Below the pieces are notes generated by a model. The model saw only the letters and a program-made list of their open reading frames with translations, ran no database searches and had not been told where the DNA came from. 64,000 nt of DNA, from assembly GCF_009914755.1 (NCBI RefSeq), contig NC_060932.1. The stretch is one strand, 5' to 3'. This DNA is from the human T2T-CHM13v2.0 reference genome, Homo sapiens. This document shows, one piece after another, positions 1-13,925 of this stretch. Made by a program: the position numbers and the translations under genes. The stretch's first letter is position 1. Each line of letters starts with the position of its first letter.

Positions 1-2850
1 ATTAATGGCAGCACAGACCAGGCTGAGAAAAAAAAAAAAAAATCACAGAACTTGAAGAATGGAATCTGAAATAACACAGCCAGACCAAAACAATAAAATA
101 AATAAATAAATAAATAAAAACAGAATGAAGAAGAATATATAAGACCTTCAAGAAGTAAGAGATTATGTAAAGAGCTCAAATCTGCAAATCACTGACACCC
201 CTGAAAAACAGGCAGAAAGTAAACAACTTAGAAAACACATTTCAAGATACTGTCCATAAAAACTTTCTCAAGCTTGCTAGACAGGCCAATAGTCAAATCC
301 AGGAAGTATGAAGAACTCCTGCAAATTTCTTTACAAGTAGATTACACCCAAGACACATAGTCATTAGATTTCCCAAAGTCAAAACGAATTAAAAAATGTT
401 AATGGTGGACAGAGAGAAATGGCAGGTTAACTACAAAGGGAACCGCATCAGGCTAACAGCAGACCTCTCAGATGAAACCCTAAAAGCCAGAAGAGATTGG
501 GGGGCCTATATTTAACATTCTTAAAGAAAAAAAAATTGAACCAAGAATTTTATATCCAGCCAAACTAAACTTCTTTACAAAAGAGAAATAAGATACTTTA
601 CAGATAAGCAAATGTTGAGGGAGTTCATTACCACCAGACCTACCTTACAAGAGATCTTGAAAGGTGTACTAGTATAGAAAGAAGAGACTGCTACCAGCTA
701 ATACAAAAACACACTTATATATACAGACCAGTGGCACTATAAAGCAACCATACAAACAAGCCAGCATAATAACTAGCTAAAAACACAATGACATTACCAA
801 ATTCACATATATAAATTCTAACCTTACATGTAAATGGGCTATATGACTCAATTAAAAGGGTCAGAGTGGCAAGCTGGAAAAATAAATAAATAAACAGAAA
901 ATGCTATGCTGTCTTCAAGGGAGTCATCTCACATGTAGTGACTCATTGGCAAAAATGAAGGGATGGAGGAAAATCTACCAAACAAATGGAAAACAGAAAA
1001 AAGCAGGCATTGCAATCCTAATGTCAGACCAAACAGATTTTAAACCATAAAAGATCAAAAAAGACAAAAATGGGCTTTACATAATGGTAAATAATTCAAT
1101 TCAACAAGAAGATATAGATATCCTAAATACATATGCACCCAACACAGGAGTACCCAGATTCATAAAGCAACTTCTTAGAGACCTAAAAAGAGACATATTC
1201 TCCCACACAATAATAGTGGGAGACTTAAACACTCCACTGATAGTATTAGACAGATCACTGAGGCAGAAAATTAACAAAGGTATTCAGGAACTGAACTCAA
1301 CATTGAACCAAATGGTTCTGATAAACCTCCAAAGAACTCTCCGCACAATACAACAGAATGTACATTTTTCTCATTGCTACATGGCACGTACTCTAAAGCT
1401 GACCACATAATCAGACATAAAATGATTTTCATCAAATCCAAATAACTGAAATTATACCAAACATACTGTTGGATTGCAGCACAATAAAAATAGAACTCAA
1501 GACTAAGCAAATTCCTCAAAACCATGCAACACATCGAAATTAAACAACATGCTCCTGAACGAATTTTGGGTAAATAATAACATTAAGGTAGAAACGAAGA
1601 AGTTCTTTAAAACTAATGAGAACAAAGTTACAACATACCATAATCTCTGGGACAAAGCTAAGGCAATGTTAATAAAAAAATTCATAGCACTCAATGTCCA
1701 CATCATAAAGTTATAAAGATCTCAAATTAATAACCTAACATCAAGACTGAAATAAATAGAGTCAAGAACAAATCAACTCCATAGCTAGCAGAAGACAGGA
1801 AATGACCAAAATTAGAGCTGAACTGAAGGAAACTGAGACAGAAAAAACACCATTCACAACATTAACAAATCCAGGAGCTTTTATTTTTAAATAGTAAGAC
1901 AGATGGGCTGCTAGCTAAATGAATAAAGAAGAAAAGATAGAAGCTTCAAATACACACAATTAGAAATGATAAATGGGATGTTACTACTGACCCCACAGAA
2001 ATAAAAATAACCATCAGAATCTACTACATACACTTCAATCCACACAAACTAGAAAACCAAGAAGTGAATAAATGCCTGGACACATATACCCTCCAAAGAC
2101 TAAACTAGGACGAAATTCATTCCCTGAACAGACCAGTTTGAGCTCTGAAACTGAATCAATACTAAAGAGACCATAATAAACAGATGCTGTCAAGTTTTCA
2201 AAGAAAAGGGAACACTTATACACTGTTGGTGAGAGTAGAACTTAATTCAACCATTGTGGAAAGAGGTTTGGCAATTTCTCAAAAAGCTAAAAACAGAACT
2301 ACCACCAGACCCAGCAGTCCCATTACTGGATATGTGCCCAGAGAAATATAAATTATTCTACCATAGAGAGACATGTATGTGAATGTTCACTGAAGCACTG
2401 TTCACAATAGCAGAGACATGGAATCCACCTAGATGTCCATCAATGACAGATCAGATAAAGAAAATGTGGTACATATATACGATGCAATACTATGCAGCCA
2501 TAATAAAGAACAAGATCATGTCTTTTGTGGAAACACGGATGAAGCTGGAGGCTATGATTCTTAGCACACTAATGAAGGAACACAAAGTCAAATACTGCAT
2601 GTTGTTACTTATAAGTTAGACCTAAATAATGGGAACTCATGAAAACAAAGAAGAAAACAACAGACACTAGTGTCTACTTGAAGGTGGAGGGTGGGAGGAG
2701 GGAGAGGAGGATAAAAAATTACAACTGGGTACTAGGCTTAATACCTGGGTAATGAAGTACTCTGTACAACAAATCCCCATGACACAAGTTTACTTATATA
2801 ACAAACCCCTAATCTAAAATATAAGTTAAAAATATAATAAGATAAAATAA
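1..2850 (+). mobile_element. LINE-1 (L1PA15/16-like), decayed: ORF1 3' part, ORF2 endonuclease, internal deletion of RT, ORF2 C-terminus and 3' UTR
   Basis: ORF2 start ATG at 788; EN peptide 'ILNTYAPNTGVPRFIKQLLRDLK...IIVGDLNTPL' (1084-1410); C-terminal 'MFTEALFTIAETWNPPRCPS...KKMWYIYTMQYYAAI' (2383-2619); G-rich 3' UTR and A-rich tail ~2810-2850. Confidence 0.9.
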
Positions 2851-3060
2851 AACACAAGCTGAGGGATTTCATCAACACCAGGCATGTCATACAAAAATGG
2901 TAAAAGGTTTTCAATCTGAAATAAAAGAATGTTAATGAGCAATAAGAAACCATCGTGCAAAACTCACTAGTTATAGCATGTACACAGTCAAACACCAAAA
3001 ATTATACCACTATAACTGTGCTGTGTAAACTTCTCAAATTGTGCATAGAAAGATTAAAAG
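2851..3060 (+). mobile_element. Older L1M fragment (end of ORF1 / inter-ORF region)
   Basis: 'aagctgagggatttcatcaacaccagg...aatgagcaataagaaac...aaaactcactagt' resembles the recalled L1M1/L1MA ORF1 end. Confidence 0.6.
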
Positions 3061-3350
3061 ATTAAAGTTTGAAAGGTACTGTTTTAGTAGATTGTTAGAT
3101 ACATAGGTACAGAGCTCAGTAGGAAAGTTGGGTGAGAGTTAAGGACATGGAAGTCAATATCACATTATCAAACAAAACCATAGTAATCATGAAATTGTGA
3201 TTATATTGAAAGAATGAAAATTTCACCATCCACTTCATTATGGTATTAGATTGCATTTGATTCTGAATATTTTTATTATCTATATTTATAAATCATGATT
3301 TTCTACTAAAAATTATAAAGTTGTAAAAAGGCAATTTCAACAGAAGTGAA

Positions 3351-3418
3351 TATAATTTTGCTATTTGATTATTGTGTTTCAGGGGATAGAAATACAATAA
3401 TCAAATAGCAAAATTATA
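3351..3418. repeat. Inverted repeat / hairpin: 30-bp arms, 8-nt loop, 1 mismatch
   Basis: tataattttgctatttgattattgtgtttc (3351-3380), loop aggggata, gaaatacaataatcaaatagcaaaattata (3389-3418). Confidence 0.95.
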
Positions 3419-6400
3419 CTGTAGCATACTTTGCTACTGTAACTGCAAATGGAACCCTATATTATTATTTATTAGAAGTGAAAGAGAAGATACGGAGATC
3501 CAGATGCATTGTTTAGATTTCTAAAATATTTATCATAAAACAGTTTGAACAAACCAGTGCAATTAAAAACTCTCTTTTCTTATAAATTTAATTTCAAAAA
3601 ATATATATCTGGCAAATAATTCACTCAGAAAGTCAACGCTTGGAAAATTTATAAACAGAATAACATAACTTTTCTATAGGCATAAATTATTTTTTTCTAT
3701 AAATAAGGTGCCCCAGTGTGGTTTCACCCTTATATAGCCAATTTGTCAACCAAGACCCCATGCCAGGCAGATACAGTTAAAAAGCTGTCTAAACATGTCT
3801 TTATTGTGCTTTTCAGTTTGGTTCCCACATTTCAACCCAGGACTCTCATTCTGCCCTGAACAGTGTGAGTGCATTTAATTACAATCTGACATGTGTATTG
3901 GTGAGAAACAAAAGGCTGTGAACTGAGGGTGATGATTAACTGTTCTACTGGATAATTGCTTAAACTACTACTTATATTATGTGGCATTATCTCTTTTGAA
4001 CAAAGTGATTATTGGCTTTTTGTGTAGTGATTATACAGTGTAAGTGCAATCTTGCTGTGTTAATTTTGTCAGAGTGTATGTTTAATATACTTCCTTTACA
4101 ACGAGGCATGCAACTTTAGATATTTCTTATTTGGTTGAGTCCTTCAAGAAACAATCTTCTACAGCTTGATTTGTCTGTTTGAAATGCACAACATCTTCTG
4201 GCCTTCAAAGAGAAAGGAAGCAAAGACATGATGATACAGTATTCAGGAAGAAAATAAGACATACTTGCAACTTTTGTATGCATAGCCACAGATGGCAAAT
4301 ACATTCAATATTATAATTTTGACAAAAAGGTTCTAAATGGCTATAAGGGAAAATAGATATTTTAAAAAATTAAATATTTAAAAAAATTTTTTAAATTCTT
4401 CTATGGACAGAATGTATATGCCACATACTTTATTCACTTGTCAAATATGTAAAGATATTCACCAGTAGTTTCCATGATGAAACTATATTGTTGTTTCTAT
4501 AGAAAATTATAATTACATTTTTTAAAAACTTTAATTTATATTTAGGTAATTAAGTCTTACTGAACTTTACTCCTTTCCAAAAACTGTTCATATTTCAAGC
4601 TCTTGTTTCCTCAAAAGAAAATGTTTTTGATCCTATTACGTTAGATTGCATTTGGTCTATTTAAAGATTTTTTAAAAATTCCTTTACAGTTATTTCTGAT
4701 GAAATCAAAGCACACGCTATGTTAATGCTTTTCTTTAGGCATAATTAATATACAATATACTACATATAGAAAAATGTACAATTTGATAAGTTTTGAAATA
4801 TTTATATGTCACTGTACCATAACCACAATCACATCAATTAATATAGATTTAGTCCTAAAGTTTCCATGGGTCTCTTTGTAATCTTTACCTCTTGCCCACC
4901 CCTGAAACTCTCCATTCCAACCCCTAACTACCACTGCTCTGCTTTCTGATGGTATAGATTCATTTGCATTTTCTATAAAGTTAAATATAAATGGAGTGGT
5001 AAAATGTGTACTCCATCTGGCTTTAATATTAAATGCAGGTTTTCGAAGCATGCCAATTATTAGGTTGAGGAAGGATCATCTACTCATGGTATTTATAACA
5101 AATGAATGTTGAATTTTGACAGGCTTTTTTTCATATATTGAGAGTGATTATCATAGTTTTTTCCTTTCTTATTTATTAATATGATGAATTATACAAATTG
5201 GTTTTTGAATGTTAAACCAAACTAGCAATCCTGAGATTAACTCTATTTGTTCATAATATATTATCCCTTTTTTATATAGTTGGATTTAATTTAGTAAGTG
5301 TTGTTAAAGTGTTGTATTTTTATGAAGGATATTGCTCTGCAATTCTTTCCTGTATTGTTTTTCTCAATGTCTTCATCTGCTTTTGGTATCACTGTTATAG
5401 TGGTCTCATAGAATTAGTTAGGAAGTGTTCCCTGGTCTTTATTTTCCAAAAAACTTTGTGTAGAATTGATATTATTTGTAGATCTCCAATAAAGTCATCT
5501 GGGCCTGGACAATTTTTGTGGGCAGATTTCTTTTTTCTTACAAACTCAGTATCTTTAAAAGATATAAAGTCTTTTAGCTTATCTACGTATTCTTGGATGA
5601 CCTTTTGCAGTTTGTGTTTTTAAACTGGCTTTTTTAGAGCGAATTGAGTTTGTTCCATCCTCTTTAACTTTTTAAAAGTTTATTAACGTTTCACATTAAT
5701 TATTCTTTTAGTGTTCTGTGGAAAGCATTGAGTCCTGGGCTTTACAATGTTTTAAGTGTATTGATTAGTAATGCCACGTTGCTACTGTTACAGGTCTCTT
5801 TAGATTCTGTTTCCAGTTCACGTTTCTAGTTGAGTTCTGTGGTTGTAGAAACATCCATTTCGTTTAGGTTATCAAATTTGTTGACATAGAGTTTCTCACA
5901 GTCTTCTCTTATAATCTTCTCATTTCTTTAAAAGCAGTAGTGATTATTTACCTTTCATTTCTGATTTAAATAATCTGAATACTCTCTCATATTTTGGTTC
6001 AGTCTAGCTGAAAGTTTCAAAAATTTTTATTCCATCCAAAAATCAATTTTATGTTTTTTAAATGTGTTCTCTATGATTTCTGCTCTTTTCTATTATTTCA
6101 ATTCATATTTATTATTTATTGCCTTCTGGTTTCTTTGTGTTTAGTGTCTACTCTTTTCATAGTTTCTTTAGGTTGAAGGTTAAACTAAAAAACTGAGATG
6201 TTTATCTCTTTTAAATTTAGGCACTTACATTTATAGATTTTCATCTGAGCATTACTTTTATTGCATATATATTTTGGTACATTATGTTTTGTTTTCATTC
6301 ATTAAATGTATTTTCTAATTTCACTTATGATTTCTTCTTTAGACTATTGGTCAAAAGCAATTTGTTGTTTATCTTGTACGTATTTATGAATTTCCCAAAC

Positions 6401-7543
6401 TTTCCTCTATTACTGCTTTCTAATTTAATGTCATTGAAGTCAGGAATATACTTTTTATGATTTCAACCTTAAATTATTTGTGTCTCTCTTTTAATGTTTT
6501 TGGCCTAGCATATATAGCATGTGGCCTATCCCAGAGAAATTTTCATTTGTACTTGAGAAAATGTGTGCTTTAGGTAAAGTGTTCCAGAGATGTTCATTTA
6601 GTTGACTTACAATGTTTAAGTCTTCTATTAAATTGTTGATCTCCTACTTATTGTTCTATTCACAATTAAAGGTGAAGTATTAGAATCTCCAACTATTACT
6701 GTTGTTTATGTTCTTCAATTATGTCTATTATTCTTTATTTATTTTGAAGTTCTTTAGTTAGATGGATATTTATAATTTTATATATGTCTTATTATTTCTC
6801 CCTTTTATCCTTGTAAAATGTACTTATTTTTCTGTAACTTCAGTGTTTCAATTAAAGTATATTTTGGCTCTGATATCAGTATACCTAGTCCAGCTTTCAT
6901 TTTCTTTTTTTGGTTAATATTTGCATTGGCATGTGTTTTGCCCACTTTTATTTTCTATCTGGTTGTATCTTTGTATCTAAACTATGTATCTTGTAGAAAT
7001 AATGTAATTTTATCATGCTGTTTTTAATCCATTCTCTCAATCTCTGCTTTTTGATTGAAGTGTTTAATCCATTTATATTTAATGTATTGTGGACAATGTA
7101 TGATGTATACCTGCCATATTGCTATTTTTCTATATATTTTATGCCATTTTTTGTTTCTTCTATACCTTAATTATTGATTTATTGTGTGATAATATTTTTG
7201 ATAATCTTCCATTTTAAATCTATTTTTCATTTGCTGGTTTTTGTTTGTTTTTGTTTTTTACTAATTTTAAAGCTGTTTTTATAATAATTTACTTGGGAAA
7301 TGCAATTAACATCTTAGCTTGAAATATTCCAATTTGAATTACTATAAATTTCAGTTCATCAGAATATAAAAACTTTGCTGCAATATACTGTAATATTGGG
7401 TTATCTCTTCTCTTTTTTTGTTATTTTTGGCAAATAGATTAAATCTTTATACATTATAAGACTATCCACACCTTTTTATAATAATTTAAGTCAGGTAAGA
7501 AAAAGTTTTACAACAAAAATATTTTATACTCTCTTTGTATTTA

Positions 7544-7705
<162 letters not shown>

Positions 7706-9084
7706 TAAAGCTTTTTATTTATTTCTGTGGATTTGAGTTATTGTGTAGTGTCATTTATTTTTCATATGAAGGATTCCTTTTGGTATTTTTTGAAGAACTT
7801 CTTTATCAGAATTAATTATCTCACTTTTGAAAATTTTTAACAATCTAGAAACGTCTTTTTTGTTTTTTGAAGAATAGTTTTCTGGATGTAAAATTTTTGG
7901 TTAATTTTGTTTTTCTTTGAACACTGAATATTTAATCTTATGCCTTCTGGCTTTCAGTACTAATGCAAAGTCATCTGTTAGTTATATTAAAGATTCTTTC
8001 TATGTGAGGTGCATTTTTTTCTAGCTTAATTCTAGATAAATCCTTTTTCTCTACCTTTGGTATTTTGATTATGATGGGCCTAAGTACAAAGCTCTATGTA
8101 CTTGTAATTTGTTGAGCTATTTTGATGTGTATATTAATGTTTTACATCAAATTTCAGGAATTACAACAAATAGCCTTTTAGTAATTTAACACGTGTTCTT
8201 CCTTAGGAATTTTTTTAATTGATTGCTTTTTAAAAATGTGTATGGATCATACCTTTATATTTATTTGAAAATTTTGTCATTATTTGTATAAATTGGCATT
8301 AATATAATATGATGTTTCCATTCTGGGAATACAATCCACTCCTCACCCCAACGGTTTCTTGTTGTTTGTTCTTTTTGTGTTAATGGTTGCTGCTGCCTTT
8401 TACTTATGTTTTGCTTGCTTTGTTTTAATCTTTCTAAATTAATTAGACTTTCTAGGACTAATTCTGTTAAGTTTTTATTCTTTGTTGTGTGTAGCCACTG
8501 AAGAAAATTACCTTAGTGGTCACTGAGCATTTAGACAGAAATTTGTTCAAATTCCTTAGCCAATAATCCTTTCACCTTTTGTCAAGAGATTCTTTGCACA
8601 TGTGGAGGCATTTATTCAACATCATCCAGAGGTGAGCAATTAGGGCCTTCTCAGATCTTTCTTTGGGTTTGTCCACAGCCTTTCATATGTACTCAGTCTT
8701 CTATATATCCCGAAATCTGTCATATATCCTTAATTCCTCCTATGGAAATATCACACCAGAGATGATTTTTTATATACATTTTCTGGTCATCTTTTGGGCC
8801 TCAATTAGCGTTACTCTCTCAGTCAGCTATGATGTTAAGCAATTGCTGTTGATAGTTTCTGATAAATGTCATAGTTCTTTTCTCATGGAGCAAGATTTGA
8901 ATCAAGTATAAAGAAAAACTCTATAAATGGGCCACTTCAAGCTAGCTCCCAACAGGTAAAATAGTGACAGTTCCCTGGGAATGAGTCTTTTTGGAGACCT
9001 CAAAACTCATTCTGCTCTTTCTCAGTAGCTTTCCAGGCTGCTGGTTTTCCTTGCTACTGTGGTGAGATTTTTGAAGCTGCAGGT

Positions 9085-9412
9085 TTTGTTTGTTTTTGTT
9101 TGTTTGTTTTATTTTTGTTGTTGTTGTTTATGAGACAAGGTCTTGCTCCTCACTCAGACAGGAATGCAGTGTAGTGGTCATAGCTCACTGCAACCTCAAA
9201 CTCCTGGGCTCAAATGATCCTTCTGCCTCAGCCTCCAGAGTAGCTGGAACTACAGGCATAAGATATAACACCAAGCTATTTATTTAAAAAAAAAATGTAG
9301 AGATGGGGGTCTTGCTGCATTGTCCAAGCTGGTCTTAAATTCCTGGCCACAAGTGATCCTCCCACTGGGAGGACTGTGCTGGGATTACAGGCATGAGCCA
9401 CTGTCTCTGACA
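9085..9412 (-). mobile_element. AluJ
   Basis: Dimeric antisense Alu with J-type 'atagctcactgcaacctcaaactcctgggctcaa' and a (GTT/GTTT)-degenerate tail. Confidence 0.9.
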
Positions 9413-9679
9413 CGAGGTTGATGATTTTCAAGGCTATCTCATAGATATGAGCGAAGTGTGGGAATAGGACAAATTAAAACACCAGAAAACTCACTGTTCT
9501 CATCAAGATTTAGCCACCTTTTTTGAACAAATATTCCTAAAATTATTCAAGCCTTTGGTTAATTTCCAGGCTGCAAAACAAGTTGATTTTGCTATTTCTT
9601 TTCATGTGTATTCTGCCTTTGTAAAAAAGCGATTCTCAGAAGTTTTACCCCATCATTTTGGAAGTACTTCTTATATTCA

Positions 9680-11370
9680 TTTTTGAAAAATATTTTCACA
9701 GTTACACAATTGCAAGAAGACAATTTTTCTTTTTTCTTTGGCAGTTGACAGATGATGCTCTTTATGCTTGTATTGTTTTTAATGAGAAGTCTTTTGTTAT
9801 CCGAATGTCTGTTCTTCTGTAAGTATCATGTTTCTTTTTCCTGGATGCTTCTAAGATTTCCTCTTTACAACTAGAAGTTTGATTGTAATGTGTCATAGTA
9901 TGCTTTTCTTCCTCTTTCTTGTGTTTCTGGTTTATTTCGCTTCTCGGAACTGAATGTTCATAGATTTCACAAATTTGGGCATTTTTCTTCTGTAAGTTAT
10001 TAAAATAATTTTAACCTCTTTTTCATCCTCTAATTTTGGAACTCAAATTACAAATGTATTAAATTACTTGAAGTTGTCTTATAGCTTATACAGGCTTTTC
10101 CAATTTATTTATTTTTATTTGTATTTGTATGTTTTATTTCAGTTAATTAATATTACTGTGCTTTCAATTTTCTGATCTTTTTTCTCTGTTGTTTATTTGT
10201 TCTAGTACATATTTCATTTCAAGCATTGTAGTTTTTATCCTCTAGAAGTTTTATTTGCATCATTTTTATTTCTTCAATTCTCTATTGAAATTTTTTAGTT
10301 TATGGAATCCAATTCTAATAACTGTTTTAGTGTCTTCATCTGTTACTTTAACATTTGATTTACAGTTGGATCAATTCATTAATTTTTGTCCTGATTAATA
10401 ACTGCATTATCTTGTTCTTCTGAATGTTTGATAATTTTGATTGGATGCTAGACATTGTGAATTTGACTTTGTTGAGTGCTAGATATTTTTGCATTTTTAT
10501 AAATGCAAATTTTATAAATTTGCTTAATATATATTTTTCTGAACTTCAGTTATTAGGAAACATGGATCCTTCAGGTCTTACTTTTAAGATTTATTAGGTG
10601 AGACAGAGCAGCAGTTCATTTAGGGATAATTATTCTCTACTACTAAATCAAGGCCTTTCTGAATATTCTACCCAATTGTCTATGACTTACAAAGTTTTCC
10701 ATTCTGACTTGTGGGAATGGCAATATTTTCAGCCCTGTGTCAGGGCTGAATACTCTCACCTCTTGATTTTTCATATGGTTCTTTCCACTGCCTCAGATAG
10801 TTTCCTCACAATCATGTATTGATCTGTATTCTGCTGAATACTTCGGGGTGATCCTCTGCTGGTATGAAGGGTTCTTGCTTCATAGTTTTTTTCTGTCCTG
10901 TGAACCTTAGCTTTGTTGGTCTCCTCTGACACTCAGCTCTATCTCTTCAAATCAGAGTGTCTGCTGGGCTCTATTTGGGACCATCCTCTGTGATGAGACT
11001 GGAAATTCTCTTAAGTCAATAAGCTCAGGAAATCACAGGACTTACTTCATTTGTTTTCTTTCTCTAGCACATACTGTTCTTTCTTGCTGCTATTCAGTGT
11101 CTTGAGGTTGTATATATATATATTTTATTTTTTTCCAATCTGACTTGGGGAATGGCAATATTTATATATACATTTAATATATATAATGTAAATACATATA
11201 AATATATATTATATATTTATATTGCAAAGGTATATTATATATACAATCAATATATACAAACAATTGCCAAGGTAAATATATATATATAAAATCTACCTTT
11301 ACAATTGTTTTAGGTGGGAGGGTAAATCTCTTCATTGTCTTCCATCTTGGACGGAAGCAGAGAACCACCG
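9680..11370 (-). mobile_element. Ancient L1ME-type ORF1 / 5' region remnant
   Basis: Antisense ORF1-like 'tgagaagtcttttgttatc', 'tttaattggatgctagacattgtgaatttgactttgttgagtgctaga'; ends at 'ccatcttgg' (antisense YY1-like core) ~11345. Confidence 0.55.
11110..11290. repeat. (TA)n-rich low-complexity tract
   Basis: Runs of tatatata interspersed with short duplicated segments. Confidence 0.85.
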
Positions 11371-11924
11371 TGTCTACTTTTAATGTCCTTTTCGGGGTTG
11401 GGGGCAGTTAGTGAACTGTGGAGGGAATTATCATAGAATAGGAAACAAAGAGAAAATGAAAGAAGGACCATCATATCTTACTTGCCCATTCATTTAATTG
11501 CTAAAATTCAAAGGATTTATTTGGTTTCTCATGTAGATTTCAGCTAGGAATTACTTAAACTTCAAGATTCACTAGTAAAAAGATTGCCAACATTTTTGTG
11601 TTATTCAATTTGCCCATTAATACACAAAGTAAATTTTTACAAATTCCGGATCCAGCCAACAAAGATTTTTTTAAAAAAATTAAACACAAACAAGCTATTT
11701 TGAAATTAAAGCAATGTTTTATTTTCCAAACCATTGAAGATCCTTACAATTGTAGTGTTTCTTTTCATTATGAAGAAAATTGGACAGAATAGAGATAAGA
11801 GTTTTTGTTGATTAATCTCTACTTTTCTTTCTAATTAGGATATCTTTTCCTAAGACATTGCAAATAGCTGATTTTCATTTTAGATTTACATAATTATATT
11901 TTAGCTGAAAAAAATAACATGAAG

Positions 11925-12100
11925 AAAGCATGATGGGCCGGGAGCTAGAAGATATAGGTTCTCATCTTAAATCTCACCATGAGAGCATATGCTACAGCTT
12001 TATTATTTAATCTCTCATGCTTCAATAATTTAATCTTTAAAATTATGATGTTAGTACAGATTATCTTAAAGGTTTTTTTTAGTTTCAAAATTTCTAGATG
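11925..12100 (+). mobile_element. MIR (MIR3/MIRc-like)
   Basis: 'gggagctagaagatataggttctc...tttaatctctcatgcttca...tctttaaaat...attatcttaaaggt' degenerate MIR core. Confidence 0.5.
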
Positions 12101-12871
12101 ATTTATAGGTGTTTAGGGTAAGTAGTATTAATATAACAAGAATGAACCTATTAGTACACACTTGTCTTGCTTTTATAGTTACATAATTCACTATGTCATG
12201 CAAATACCCTCTCAAAATTTGCCCACAATGTATTTTTCACAACACTATATTATTAATCCTCTTCTATCTTGCTGAGAAGTTATTTCCAAATCGAGAACTA
12301 CCTAAACCATATTATTTTTTCTGACTTTTATTATGTTGCTGTAAACTTCATTTTTATAATGCTTTCTATATCTATAAATACTCGGCTTTAATTCAGACAC
12401 AGAAAATTTGAAACACAATCTGACTTGCCTATTTCATATCCTGAACTCTGGTCTTGACCCAAAAGTGCAGTTTCCAAAAGTGTTAACTTCTTTAAGATAT
12501 TGTGTTTCTTTTATATAGTATAGGCTAATTAAAATTGGTACCGTAAGTCTCTGTGCTTAGGTCATTCTAAACATATCAATTTTAACTCAATATATTGACA
12601 GATTGAATTATTTCGATGAAGTTAAATGGATAAATGAAAAGGAATTCTTTTTATATTTCCTAATACACTTGTGACATATGAGTAGATGATGCTAATTTTC
12701 ATTAAGCAAATAGGGAAAATCTAAGAATAGAGTGAAACATATCCCTGTTACGGAATGCTATTTCTTCTATCCTTGTAGAAATTAGTACACTCACATATTC
12801 TGTCCATGAAATCAGTTAGAGTAAGCACTGTAGCTTCCGATTCAGAAAGCTAAACTTCCAGTCATTAAAAA

Positions 12872-13100
12872 TGCTGCTTTGGAGCAATGTAGATCTAGGC
12901 TTTACTTATGCCTTTATCACATATAAACTCTTTGACTTAGGAAAATATTCAAGTTGCTAAACTTCAGTTTTCACATCTATTAAAGAGGAAAAACAATAGG
13001 AATTACCTAATAAGAATGTGAGCAGTAAATTACATATTATATGTTTATTAACAGCACTCTAATTGGCCCACTAATTGCTCAGTAAATGTCAGCTGTTTTA
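12872..13100 (+). mobile_element. MIR (MIRb-like)
   Basis: 'ctttggagc...tgacttaggaaa...acttcagttttcacatctattaaagagg...tgctcagtaaatgtcagctg'. Confidence 0.7.
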
Positions 13101-13689
13101 GACAATTTTGATAATTATTGGAAACTAAAAACATCCCAAGCTTATTCTTACTCATCTTGTAAAATAAATGTGTAAATTTGGTAGCACCACTGATTTTTAC
13201 CTCGAACTCCAAACTCATTTTTTCCACAAACATTCCACAAATTGAAAATCTTTACATTATCTATAAAATGCTGCTTTGCATCCAGCACTTATTGTTCATT
13301 CCAACTTAACTAGCCATGAAATTGTGGCTTCTTGTATCCTAAAGGTCAAAAAAGAAGTCCTGCTTCAACATTACTAAGAGGTAATATAATTTTTTTCCAT
13401 CAAATATAAACTTAAAGAGAATTTTTCTGCAAGTCTTCTCCCATTATATGCCCTCATGTGTGTTAGGCAGTGCATGGTGGGAAACACATAAGTAGTAGTA
13501 CGAGTTTTCATTGGCACTTGCACAAATGGCAGAGAGGGAAAGGAAACGTTCTTCTCTGTAAGTTATGGTCATCTAATATTTGTTTAATTTTCAGTAAAGG
13601 TTCTGCAGTGAATATAATGCCTTTGAAAAACCCTGACTTGATTGCTATCCTCAGGTCTCTGGCAGAGGTTTTGTCAATTATTTACTCCT

Positions 13690-13925
13690 CATTATTATTT
13701 ATTTTATTTTTATTGACATATGATATCTGTGCATATATGTGGGGTACATGCAATATTTTGTTACATGCATCAACTATCTAATAATCAAGTCAGTATATTT
13801 GGGGTGTACATTACTTCCAGTGTTTATCATTTCTTTGTTTTGGGAACATTTCAAATTATCTCTTCTAGCCATGTTGAAATACAATATGTTGTTAGCTATA
13901 GTCATCCTACTCTGTTATCAAACAG
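13690..13925 (-). mobile_element. L1MA4/5-like 3' end fragment
   Basis: 'tttttattgacata...ggggtacatg...tttatcatttctttgttttgggaacatt...ctcttctagc'; similar in antisense to the L1MA 3' end at ~61050-61287. Confidence 0.8.

Noticed and set aside
1084-2619. ORFs encoding endonuclease and L1 C-terminal peptides
   Set aside because: Short, frameshifted pieces of a dead L1 ORF2, not a host gene.
3781-3800. Possible p53 response element (AAACATGTCT)
   Set aside because: Only one consensus half-site; the adjacent decamer lacks the required core C.
4355-4398. A/T palindromes, also short stems at ~10491-10523, 41383-41409 and 45779-45797
   Set aside because: Stems of 9 bp or less, or low complexity; expected by chance in AT-rich DNA.
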